Virus record (IMG/VR): IMGVR_UViG_3300008093_000049
Location: 1-27,721 of that record
Strand: one strand, 5' to 3'
DNA: 27,721 nt
DNA from: a virus
Taxonomy: Duplodnaviria > Caudoviricetes
In this document: in pieces, positions 1-9,000 of the stretch
How positions within the stretch are numbered: position 1 is the first letter of the stretch
How the letters are laid out: every line of letters starts with the position of its first letter
Position numbers and translations under genes: made by a program
Notes under the pieces: generated by a model
Seen by the model: the letters and a program-made list of their open reading frames with translations, nothing else
The model's database searches: none
What the model was told of the DNA's origin: nothing

Positions 1-69
1 AATTTTATCTTTTGAATGAACTACAATTTTAAATTGGCTATACATCGAGTTATATTGCAATATGCTCAT
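1..69 (-). CDS. 5' part of a hypothetical protein running off the left edge (MSILQYNSMYSQFKIVVHSKDKI...)
   Basis: ATG at 69-67 with AGGA (80-77) upstream, open to position 1, and a sigma70-like promoter upstream. Not in the ORF track. Confidence 0.6.
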   Translation of the reverse strand, partial: MSILQYNSMYSQFKIVVHSKDKI

Positions 70-80
70 TTAATATTCCT

Positions 81-140
81 TTTACTGTCTTACTATGCTA
101 ACTATAACATTTTACTGTCTTACTATGCTAACTATAACAT
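81..140. repeat. Perfect 30-bp tandem duplication
   Basis: TTTACTGTCTTACTATGCTAACTATAACAT at 81-110 and 111-140. Confidence 0.95.
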
Positions 141-158
141 ATTAATTTTAAATGTCAA
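131..158 (-). promoter_or_regulatory. sigma70-type promoter, leftward
   Basis: Minus strand TTGACA (158-153), 16-nt spacer ending in TGT, then TATAGT (136-131), i.e. an extended -10. Confidence 0.65.
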
Positions 159-173
159 TAATTTCTTGTTTTA

Positions 174-221
174 ATCAAGTAGTCTATCAAGTAGTCTATC
201 AAGTAGTCTATCAAGTAGTCT
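174..221. repeat. 4 x 12-bp tandem repeat ATCAAGTAGTCT (iteron-like)
   Basis: Copies start at 174, 186, 198 and 210. Confidence 0.95.
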
Positions 222-323
222 ATTTAGTATTTTGAAAATTGTAATAAAATTGTAATACTTTGCTACTCGCATACTAGTCGTGGCTTAAATACATTATTAA
301 AATCAACAAGATGTTATATTCTC

Positions 324-355
324 ATCAAGTAGTCTATCAAGTAGTCTATTAAGTA
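324..355. repeat. 2 more ATCAAGTAGTCT copies plus a degenerate third
   Basis: Copies at 324 and 336, then ATTAAGTA. Confidence 0.9.
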
Positions 356-380
356 TGCTCCTTGATGAACTCACTGGTTC

Positions 381-420
381 TGTGCTACTCGTGTGCTACT
401 CGTGTGCTACTCGTGTGCTA
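381..420. repeat. About 3.6 x 11-bp tandem repeat TGTGCTACTCG
   Basis: Copies at 381, 392 and 403, partial at 414. A related TGCTACTCG is at 261-269. Confidence 0.95.
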
Positions 421-585
421 ATCTTATACTGGTCGTGATTAAAATACAATAATAAAATCAATGATTTATTTTTGGCATTATAAGTTATTATAAATTATTA
501 AAAGAAAAGAAAGAAAGAAATAAAATTTATTATTCGTCTGCGACAACTATCAAGCTTTTTCTTTTCTTCCTTCTTTGGCTTCGCC

Positions 586-654
586 TTTAAGTAATTCCAG
601 TCAGGTAGTTTAAGTAATGCCAGTCAGGTAGTTTAAGTAATGCCAGTCAGGTCG
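586..654. repeat. 3 x 23-bp tandem repeat TTTAAGTAAT(T/G)CCAGTCAGGT(A/C)G
   Basis: Copies at 586, 609 and 632, with no spacers between them. Confidence 0.95.
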
Positions 655-905
655 TCATGCCAGTTAGTTTCTTTCCGTCTTTCTCTGCCAGTTTGTTGCC
701 CGTAGGGCGGAATAGGGTCAGAGAAAGTGCGGCCCGCAAAAACAACGCACCGAACCTACAAATTCCCTATTTTTTACTATTTTTTTATATTTAAAATCAA
801 ACAGTTATTTTTTGTAGTTTATTGCTCAGCTATATTATTATATTTTGCTAATTTTAACGCATTTTTTACCTGTTTTTTAAAAAATAATTCAACAAAATAT
901 TCTGT

Positions 906-934
906 TTGCTTTCTTTAATATAAAATGTTATATT
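906..934 (+). promoter_or_regulatory. sigma70-type promoter for the gp55-like gene
   Basis: TTGCTT (906-911), 17 nt ending in TGT, then TATATT (929-934). Confidence 0.55.
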
Positions 935-950
935 ATACACATAGGATAGG

Positions 951-1670
951 ATGCAGTTAATGACTAATATTAAACCACGTAAAAAAAATAAAAACAGTCA
1001 TGAATATTTAAATAATGGCGATATATTAAAGGAAATAGAAGCCAGTAAATTAACTTATTGCAGTTGGGTTGATACTCAATATACAGTTTATCAACTAACT
1101 GCAAATAATATTGATGAAGTAATTCGTGAGGGCGTAGTTTATCGCGTATATACAAACAGTCACATACCAGATGAAATTAATGCTAATAAAAATAAAAAGC
1201 GGCTTAGTAACAGGGATGCTTTTATCAAAGTTAATTTTAATCCATTTATTCACGTTATTAAAATAGATGATGAAATTACTACAGTATTAAAAAGCCATTG
1301 GGTGGGTGGTATGGAAAATGGCTATTTTAGTATTGAACATGGGCGCTTAACTAATAAATTGGGTATGCAGATAAAATTGCTTTGCGAACGTCTTGGCAGT
1401 AAAGGCAATTTTAATGGTTACACTTATATTGAAGACATGATCTGTGAAGCGATTGTTCAAACAGCCAGTGTGGCATTAAAGTTTAATGAAGCTAAAAGCC
1501 ATAATGCATTTGCTTATTTGACTACTATAGCTTATAATAGTTTTAGAGGCACTTTAAATACAGAAAAAAAGAACAGAGAAATAAATGAAGAACTGCTTAA
1601 TGAAATTGGTTTATATACAAATGCGCAAATGACCAGCTTTAAGCGTAATGCAGTTGGAAGTGGAGATTAA
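951..1670 (+). CDS. gp55: T4 gp55-like late-transcription sigma factor
   Basis: N-terminal YLNNGDILKEI, and C-terminal GNFNGYTYIEDMICEAI...KFNEAKSHNAFAYLTTIAYNSFRGTLNTEKK, match the gp55 pattern (NF.xY..xxDMI.D.I...FD..KS.NPFAYxTxIxxxxFxxRIxxEKK). The true start may be the ATG at 960, which has better spacing from AGGA. Confidence 0.85.
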   Translation: MQLMTNIKPRKKNKNSHEYLNNGDILKEIEASKLTYCSWVDTQYTVYQLTANNIDEVIREGVVYRVYTNSHIPDEINANKNKKRLSNRDAFIKVNFNPFIHVIKIDDEITTVLKSHWVGGMENGYFSIEHGRLTNKLGMQIKLLCERLGSKGNFNGYTYIEDMICEAIVQTASVALKFNEAKSHNAFAYLTTIAYNSFRGTLNTEKKNREINEELLNEIGLYTNAQMTSFKRNAVGSGD

Positions 1671-1672
1671 AC

Positions 1673-2035
1673 ATGCGGGAAGTTAATAAAGACGATAGAG
1701 TTACAGCGTTTGCGTTATGGAAAAAAATACATACGCTGTTTGAAAAAGAAAAAGAAATATTAAGTAAGAATTTTATTGAAATAATAGAAACCAGTGATTA
1801 CTATAGAAGTCTTCCTGTAAATATTTGTCCATATATTATATTAAACTCTGTAATTTGGCAAGATTATGCAATAACCGAAGAATTTGATGCAACAAATGGT
1901 CATTATTATTGTATTGATTCCTTAATTAATAACACTGATATATATATGGGTCAGCGTATAGGACAAATATATACTACCAAAATGCAAATAGTTGATAGAG
2001 CTCATTTTATGCGATTTACATTAGAGTTAGAATAA
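1673..2035 (+). CDS. Hypothetical protein, same operon as the sigma factor
   Basis: 120-aa ORF starting 2 nt after the sigma stop, with GGAG upstream. Confidence 0.75.
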   Translation: MREVNKDDRVTAFALWKKIHTLFEKEKEILSKNFIEIIETSDYYRSLPVNICPYIILNSVIWQDYAITEEFDATNGHYYCIDSLINNTDIYMGQRIGQIYTTKMQIVDRAHFMRFTLELE

Positions 2036-2082
2036 CGATAAATATATTTGTTATGTCTCATATAACAAATCCTTAAATTGTG

Positions 2083-2112
2083 AAAAAGCACCCCGCTCAT
2101 GGGTGCTTTTTT
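2083..2112. terminator. Bidirectional intrinsic terminator
   Basis: AAAAAGCACCC-CGCTCAT-GGGTGCTTTTTT, a perfect stem with a U tract on either strand. Confidence 0.9.
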
Positions 2113-2168
2113 ATTTGCATTTCTTGTAATTTAAGTTAATAATAAAAATAAATTAAGGAGAATAAAAC

Positions 2169-2588
2169 ATGCCATTTTTGGGTGTAACAAAAGAACAATA
2201 CAGCATTGAAGTAGAAAATGCACACTATATTGGTATGACTAGTAGAGAATTAATTAAAACTAATATTAACTTTATTTTAAACAATTTTAGTGATCCTCAA
2301 TGGTTAAAACAATACAAGTTGCCATACAGTGAAGAACGCAAGGGTGTTAAACCCTACGATTGGATTACAGAATATAATGGATTTTATTACTGCACAGTTC
2401 GCTTTGCTAAAATAAGATTAGAACTTGATTCAAATGCCAGTATTGCTGCTCGTGTAAATAATGTTCAAGAAGTAATTGACTTTTATAATTGGGCATTAAC
2501 TCAAGTAGATGCGGGTTATTTTGATAAAGGCATAGCAGATATACAATCACGACGTAAATCAACTAGAGGTAAAAAGCTGTCAGTTTAA
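2169..2588 (+). CDS. Hypothetical protein (resembles DUF6641-type proteobacterial/phage proteins)
   Basis: AAGGAG RBS at 2155-2160. The W..NG....VRFAKIRLEL...VDAGYFD pattern and basic C-terminal tail are a recalled resemblance, unverified. Confidence 0.6.
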   Translation: MPFLGVTKEQYSIEVENAHYIGMTSRELIKTNINFILNNFSDPQWLKQYKLPYSEERKGVKPYDWITEYNGFYYCTVRFAKIRLELDSNASIAARVNNVQEVIDFYNWALTQVDAGYFDKGIADIQSRRKSTRGKKLSV

Positions 2589-2608
2589 AAAATTCCTAAT
2601 AAAGATCA

Positions 2609-2863
2609 TTAAGTTTCTATAGGTTCAACCCAATTTGGATTTAATGTAAAGTTTGCTCCATCAAACATGTATTTTTGACTAATTACTTCATTAGGAACTT
2701 CAACATTTCTATACACTTTATATGTTGGCTTAAAACTTGCAATTACACCATTAATGTTATCTTTGTCAACAGCAGCCAAAGTTCCATTAATACTAACACT
2801 ACTTTGTGTATACAATATAAAAATTATTAGATTAGTTTCATCAGTAACTACATTCATTATCAT
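2609..2863 (-). CDS. Small phage protein, last gene of the late operon (possible fibre chaperone)
   Basis: ATGA overlap with the upstream gene. KYMFDGANFTLNPNW C-terminus resembles small fibre-associated proteins. Confidence 0.65.
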   Translation of the reverse strand: MIMNVVTDETNLIIFILYTQSSVSINGTLAAVDKDNINGVIASFKPTYKVYRNVEVPNEVISQKYMFDGANFTLNPNWVEPIET

Positions 2864-3966
2864 AATTTAATTACCCTTGCTACTAGATTGCTAGTTGGAC
2901 TTACAGTTATTTGTACCAAAGTTGTTTCATTTAATACTATTACTGCACTATAACTTGTATTTGCAGTTGATAAACTAGTATAATCCTTAAAAATATTAAT
3001 TACTTGTGGATCAACACTTAAAGTATTAATAATGGCACTTTTGATTAAATCATTAACTCTATAGCATAAAATTCCCCAATTACTGTTTATCTGTTGATAA
3101 CTAATATCGCTTGCAAAATTGTTTTCAACTATTACTTGTGTTCCTAATGTATCACTATCGGGAAAAACTGTTCTAATTATTGGATATCTATTAACGCTTT
3201 TGTAAACTGTAATAAATTTACCGTTATTAATTTTTTTAACGTGTAAAAATTCCTGTGATTGGTTTGGTCCGTTAGCACTTGCAAAAAGAAGTGCTCTAGT
3301 ATTTGGCCATGTTATTCTATTAATATAAGCTGCGTTATGATTATTAACAGTGTATAATTCAACACCTTTTTCTCCTGTTGCAGGATTAATTTCAATGTCG
3401 TAAAAAGTAGTATTAAGTGTATTACTAAAATTGGGCGTTAAATTTACTGAACTTCCACTAATGGTTGCTAGAAAATTTGTTCCTGTAACACCAACTAGAA
3501 ATTGATTTTCGTTTCCTGTTGTTTTAATTGTTGTTCCACGACTATTTCTCGCAGGAAAAAATTCAGGTGTTCCTAAAGTAAAATTGGTACCGTTATATAT
3601 TGCAGTTCTATAAACTCCATTGTCATAAGTTATTAAACAGTTATTAGGGTTAACACTATTACTTGCAATTTGACCTAAATTTTGGAAAAAAGTACTTAAA
3701 GTATTAATCTGTTGAGCAACTGCTGGACCCAATATTGTATTGCCACTAATTTTAAAATTTAATAGATAATTACCTGATGCATTATTACCCATAAAAGCAA
3801 TGGTATTTCCAATATTAACTATGCCGTTACGTTCGGCTATATTTACTGATGCACTGCTAATTATAGTCCACTCACCATTATTAGAACCATCATAATTAGC
3901 CCAACTAATACCGCTGGTTGCAATTATTTGTTCACCACCATCTTGTGCTAAAATTCCTAATATCAT
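2860..3966 (-). CDS. Putative virion structural/receptor-binding protein (beta-rich, possible propeller)
   Basis: 368 aa, rich in N/T/S/I, with a MILGILAQ start and an ATGA overlap with the upstream gene. Confidence 0.6.
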   Translation of the reverse strand: MILGILAQDGGEQIIATSGISWANYDGSNNGEWTIISSASVNIAERNGIVNIGNTIAFMGNNASGNYLLNFKISGNTILGPAVAQQINTLSTFFQNLGQIASNSVNPNNCLITYDNGVYRTAIYNGTNFTLGTPEFFPARNSRGTTIKTTGNENQFLVGVTGTNFLATISGSSVNLTPNFSNTLNTTFYDIEINPATGEKGVELYTVNNHNAAYINRITWPNTRALLFASANGPNQSQEFLHVKKINNGKFITVYKSVNRYPIIRTVFPDSDTLGTQVIVENNFASDISYQQINSNWGILCYRVNDLIKSAIINTLSVDPQVINIFKDYTSLSTANTSYSAVIVLNETTLVQITVSPTSNLVARVIKL

Positions 3967-4829
3967 CCTAATTTACCAATAGCATAAAATTGCGTTGGCG
4001 TTCTTGCAACAAATCCAACAGCTTCAAAAGGTTTATCAATAGTTGCAGTTGATGCACTTCCAGAATAACTTAATGTAATGCCTGCGCCAGGAACAATTGT
4101 TACTCCACTTATGGTTGTAATAATGTTAAATGTATCACCAACAGTCCATCCAGAATCCTGTATAGTTAATTCAACAGAACCGCTAACAAATATTACAGTA
4201 TTTCTTAATCCAGCACTGACTTCAATTGCACTATTAACATTAACTACTTCGGGTTTTTTATTATATTGTTCTTCTATTTTTACTTTACTTAAAATTTCTA
4301 CCCATTCTGTATTGCCATCATTGCTACTTGAAATCAATGCCATACCACTTATTGCGGGCGGAATCAGCGGAGGATAAAATACAGCATTGCCGTTAACGCT
4401 AAACTGAATACTGCCACCAAAAATTGGGTTATTACTTATTACATTAACACCGTATATGCCTAATTGGTTACTAGCGTTTAAATCACCCAGTTGTATTTGA
4501 GGGGGTGATGCATTAGCATCATAATATAATATTTGATCAGCAAATACTCCACCATAAAAATTAGCTGTATTAACAGCCCAAGTTATATCTAATGGAATTG
4601 ATTCATTTTCCCGTAATCCAGCATTGCCGCTAACTCTTACTTCATTACCGCTTACTACAACATCAACTGCGCCTGCACCTTTTATAGTTCTAAACTCTAA
4701 TGTGCTTCCGTTCTTACTTGAAAATACACTTGCACCATTACCAATATTAGATGCTCCTATAATATCTCCAGAACCACCACCACCACCGCCTTGATTAATA
4801 ATTAATCCATTTTCTAAAATTAAGCTCAT
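3963..4829 (-). CDS. Putative fibre protein
   Basis: Poly-Gly linker, an ASNIGNGASVFSSKNGSTLEFRTIK segment and a VGDTFNII...VTIVPGAGITL...FYAIGKL C-terminal domain typical of phage fibres. Confidence 0.65.
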   Translation of the reverse strand: MSLILENGLIINQGGGGGGSGDIIGASNIGNGASVFSSKNGSTLEFRTIKGAGAVDVVVSGNEVRVSGNAGLRENESIPLDITWAVNTANFYGGVFADQILYYDANASPPQIQLGDLNASNQLGIYGVNVISNNPIFGGSIQFSVNGNAVFYPPLIPPAISGMALISSSNDGNTEWVEILSKVKIEEQYNKKPEVVNVNSAIEVSAGLRNTVIFVSGSVELTIQDSGWTVGDTFNIITTISGVTIVPGAGITLSYSGSASTATIDKPFEAVGFVARTPTQFYAIGKLG

Positions 4830-5164
4830 TAACTTACTCCTACAAAGTTTGTTCCTGAGCTAAACACACCTGTAGCTGTTCCACTAAAAGCACTGTTTGA
4901 TCTAACAAAGTATTCTGCTGCGGGATTCATAACAAACGCATAACTTCCTGTAGCAGTAATTGTTCCTGCAAGACCCATATAAGTTGTGCTGTCTATTTTT
5001 TGACGTTCCATAATTTCAATTGTACCAGTAAAGCTGCTAGTTTCATCAACTAAAATAAAGAACACGTCTCTGGCTGCGTCCTTCTTTTTTAAATATGCTT
5101 CAATACCTGGAATTATGGGTGTTAATTGACTTGCACCTGTAAAATTAAATTCAATTTTCTTCAT
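4829..5164 (-). CDS. Small structural protein (possible fibre/spike base)
   Basis: 111 aa with an AAGGAG RBS and a TAATG overlap with the downstream fibre gene. Confidence 0.6.
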   Translation of the reverse strand: MKKIEFNFTGASQLTPIIPGIEAYLKKKDAARDVFFILVDETSSFTGTIEIMERQKIDSTTYMGLAGTITATGSYAFVMNPAAEYFVRSNSAFSGTATGVFSSGTNFVGVS

Positions 5165-5197
5165 TTTAGTCTCCTTTATGGATTTTTAACTATTAAG

Positions 5198-5205
5198 TAT
5201 TTAAG
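5198..5205 (-). promoter_or_regulatory. Possible variant late promoter CTTAAATA
   Basis: TAAATA core in the 5165-5232 gap, 34 nt upstream of the ATG. The context is AT-rich, so this is weak. Confidence 0.35.
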
Positions 5206-5232
5206 TATTTTTATTGCTGTATTAACGCAGTA

Positions 5233-6087
5233 TTAATCTATTCTTCTACAACGAATAAATGTTCCTGCTGGCAATGTGCCGCTAGCAAAAGCGCCAATAT
5301 TGATTGAAGTTAAGTTTTCAGCACTAACATTTGCATAATATAAACTGCTTCTTATCATTTGATTTCTATCTACAAATATGGTGCTTTCACCCATACCAAC
5401 TAATCCATTTGGCATAGTAATGTTAATAGTTGAAACTGAACCTCTTCCAGAAACAATTATATTACTGTTTACCCATATATCATTGGTAATAGATTGTATA
5501 TTTGAGGTTGCTGATGTTGTAAGACCTTGAATACCCACACGACCATATGAGTATGCGCTAACTGGAGCAAAAAAGTTTTCATTTATTCCAATTGCTGTTT
5601 GATAAGTGCCTGCAACAGGCGGAGTTATTATTTTAATTTCAACAGTATCAACTCCTGGCGGAACAGCAACACTTAAATTGGCTGGGCTTGTATAAGCAAC
5701 TGAAGTAGTTGTTTCATAAAATATACTTGTGAGAGGAGCTGTGTAAGTTCCGCTAATTAATATTTCATTCCAAACCGAACCTTCAAATTTTAAAAATGAA
5801 TTATTTTCTGAATTTAAAAATACTTGCCCTGTTTTAGCTTCAGCATACCTCCAAGCATCCCCAACTCTAAAAGCAATTTGAGTATCTCTTGTATTCCATT
5901 CACCTGTACCATTACTGCTAACTATCCAAGCAGTGCCATTAACTGCTGATACAGGGGGATTACTGCTAACACCTAATACATAACCTCCCGCAACAGCATC
6001 TAAAATGAATAATGCTTCATTAACTGTAGTAGCTTTTTGGGATTGTGTTTCTAAAACTTCTGTTATGTTAAAATTAAAAGTTGCCAT
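5233..6087 (-). CDS. DUF2793-domain tail fibre / receptor-binding protein
   Basis: N-terminal QSQKATTVNEALFILD...PP...GTAWIV...GEW...QIAFRVGDAWRY is the DUF2793 signature. It follows the megatron gene. Confidence 0.85.
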   Translation of the reverse strand: MATFNFNITEVLETQSQKATTVNEALFILDAVAGGYVLGVSSNPPVSAVNGTAWIVSSNGTGEWNTRDTQIAFRVGDAWRYAEAKTGQVFLNSENNSFLKFEGSVWNEILISGTYTAPLTSIFYETTTSVAYTSPANLSVAVPPGVDTVEIKIITPPVAGTYQTAIGINENFFAPVSAYSYGRVGIQGLTTSATSNIQSITNDIWVNSNIIVSGRGSVSTINITMPNGLVGMGESTIFVDRNQMIRSSLYYANVSAENLTSINIGAFASGTLPAGTFIRCRRID

Positions 6088-6096
6088 TTTTATTCC

Positions 6097-9000
6097 TTAT
6101 ATAGTTAATGTGCTTGTATAGCCTACGCCTACATCAACACTTAATTGCGCAATAGTTATTGTAACATTAGTTGAATAAACATCACTAATAGTTAATGTTG
6201 TAGTATTTAATACTGAAAATACGTTTGTAATTGTGTTATCTGTTACTTGAACTTCATATTGTTCTATTGCTTCTGAATTAGCTAGATCAATAAAGTTATC
6301 CCATCCTTCTCGTAAACGATCATTTCTAATCCAATTAATAACAATATTTCCGCCAAGACGGCTCGCATTTAAACTTGATGGACTGCGAGGTTTGCTTGAT
6401 GCTGCACTCCAAACGTGAAACTCTTGTGGCGAATTGGATATGTTAAGTCCTGCACCAACCGCACGATAATCAATGGGTGTATTTAGTGAGTTAGTTGTGT
6501 CACCAGGACGGAATATGCCCACACCGGTTGATGGAACGAATATAGCGTTTGAGAAAGCGGAGTGCGATCCACTAGTGAAGCTGTCTCGTGTTCCTCTTCT
6601 GTTTCTAAGTAATTTACTCAAACGCCATAACCCGTTACCTAATTCCTCCGCCTCAGAGTATTGGATTAATTCCCAATTTTGATCTTCTGTGCCTATTAAT
6701 ACAGCACCATCGCCAGCAAGCACTTGTTCTTCGGAATAGCTTGATAGAACAGTTGATTGGTTGTTTAGTTGAACAGTAACTGTATTGGCTAAATCCCAAT
6801 TGTTCCAAGGATAAGCAGGAAGCGCAACTGTTATTCTACCTAAAGTAGCTCGTTCATTGTGAGTAATAACCAAATCATATTCTGTGCCTGTGCGTCTAAA
6901 CACGTCCACACCTCTAAAATTGTTAGTGCTGTTAGCATTATCAGCAGCCGCATACCAACCCAATCCGCTATCAGCTACTCTCAATGACGGGCAATCCACA
7001 AATATCCAAGAGGGCGGATATGTAGGATCCGCATTTTTAACGGGTAGAATAATGCCAGATGAAGGCGTGTAGTTTTGTGCTGTTAGGGTATTATAGAACG
7101 CATCTTCAAAGCGTCTAGCTATAATGGTCATTAACACGCCGCCACTTCTTGTTTCTACAACTTCATACTTTTCACCTGACTGCGTATAATAATCATCTGT
7201 GTAAGTGATTTGGATTAAATCACCAGGTTCCAATCCCAAATATTCCACATCTGTTTGACCGTAGATTGGCACGTTGATGGTTATACCACGACGATTTTGG
7301 TTTTCTTCAAACAGGATACGGTCTGTAATGCTTTTGGCAGCAGGGCTTCTCATAACTATTGGACTATCAACAGCCACATTGTTTTCATTAGGCGCTGTAC
7401 GTCTATTGCTTCGTTGACTTGCTTGTTGATAATCAAAGTCAGGATCAATATAGTTGAGTGTTACGGAACTTGGGATACCTGTAATTTGGTTGACTGTTTC
7501 CTCAAATATGTCCGCATCACTGTTTTCGCTAGCACCAAAGTCATTTGGGTTGATAACTATTGGAGTTCTACCATACTTTCTTTTGAACTTTAGCTTGCCT
7601 TCGCTTTCAATATAATAAAAGCCAAATGCAGTTGCCAGAGGATCAATAGCTTCACGGGCTGTTGTGGGTTTTGCAATAATATAGCCTTCAAGACCACCAA
7701 AGTCGGGCAGAGCATCAAGCCCATCCAAATCAGTTGTGTCTATTTGTGACGGTTGTAGACCAACCTTGTTCAACAGAATGTCATCAACAATCTTTTTTAT
7801 GGTTGTCTGCCCCGGCTGCCTAATGCTTAATTTTAAGAAGTAGTCACTAGCAAAGCTGTTTCTTCTATAAAAGATGCCCCTTCTCCGCCAATCATAGCTG
7901 GTAAAACCGTTAGAAGCCGGAACCCAAAGGGCTGGATTATAATAGTCCAAATCTGTAATGTCAGTTGAACTTATTCTAATAGCTGAAAATTGTGATAAAT
8001 TGGGTGTTGTAATCCAAAAATTGCCTTGTGGATCATATACAGGTTCTGCTGCCATTTGGGTGGTAAAATTTGTTGTGCCCAGCGCATCATAATCTGCACC
8101 AAATTCCGCACTTAATTCATTACTACTTTTTGTCCCCAAAACTGTTGCGGCGTTTATGTCAATTAACACCCAAGTAGGTAAATTACCAAACCCCCCTAAT
8201 GCTTCGTGTCGCCCCATATGCATTAAAAGTGTCTTATTTCTACTATCCAACATTATAGCATTGTCATATTGGTTTCCCGCAAAGCTGAATGTAAACCAAT
8301 TGGATATTTCTGTTGCGCTTTGGCTGGCAAAACTATTATCTGCAACAGTTTCAGGTCCTACAGGTTCAAAAGGAAACTTGATTGATGCGCGCATTAATAT
8401 TGCGTTTTCATTTGTGCTGGCTAATCCAACTTTGTAATAATGCCAACTTAAATTGCCTTCATCAAATTCCGGGTCCATCACCCCAAGAGCGTCCTGAATG
8501 TAGATTGAAAATGGTTGTCCTGTAACCATTTCTGTGGGTGTCCACATTTTAACTAATTCAAACTTGCTGCTCGTAAGCAGGATTGCTTGAACTGAAAGCG
8601 CATTTAGTGAGAAACGCCCAACTCCGTTTGCTTCTTGATCCACGCGGTTACTTGCCCAAACAATACGCTTTCCCTGTATGGGGAATGGTGTAACTTGAAC
8701 GCAGGCGTCTCTTGTTTGTGAAAGACCAATATCTAATAAAACTCCGTTTGTTTGCTTGGCGTATCGTCCTGTTCCGCTTGCTCGATTTAGTGCAACCAAA
8801 TATCCACTGATAAAAGGTGACACGTCTAATCCAGTAAGCGTACCTGCAACATAAATGTATTCATCATCTACGTCAAAGTTATTATCCCAACTAAACGAAC
8901 CCGTTCCAATAGTTTGAGGGACCAAGGATATATTATTAACACGCTCACCAACAGGGCTTGGGAACACCCAAGCAGGACCAATACTAATCACGCTTCTAGT

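Noticed and set aside
497-576. Purine tract followed by a pyrimidine tract as a hairpin or terminator
   Set aside because: Low-complexity, imperfect pairing. Better treated as part of the AT-rich control region.
174-654. Short direct repeats as a CRISPR array
   Set aside because: The units are head-to-tail with no unique spacers, and there are no cas genes.
727-918. 63-aa plus-strand ORF
   Set aside because: GTG start without a clear RBS. The Phe-rich sequence just reflects T tracts, and it overlaps an IHF-like site and the sigma promoter.
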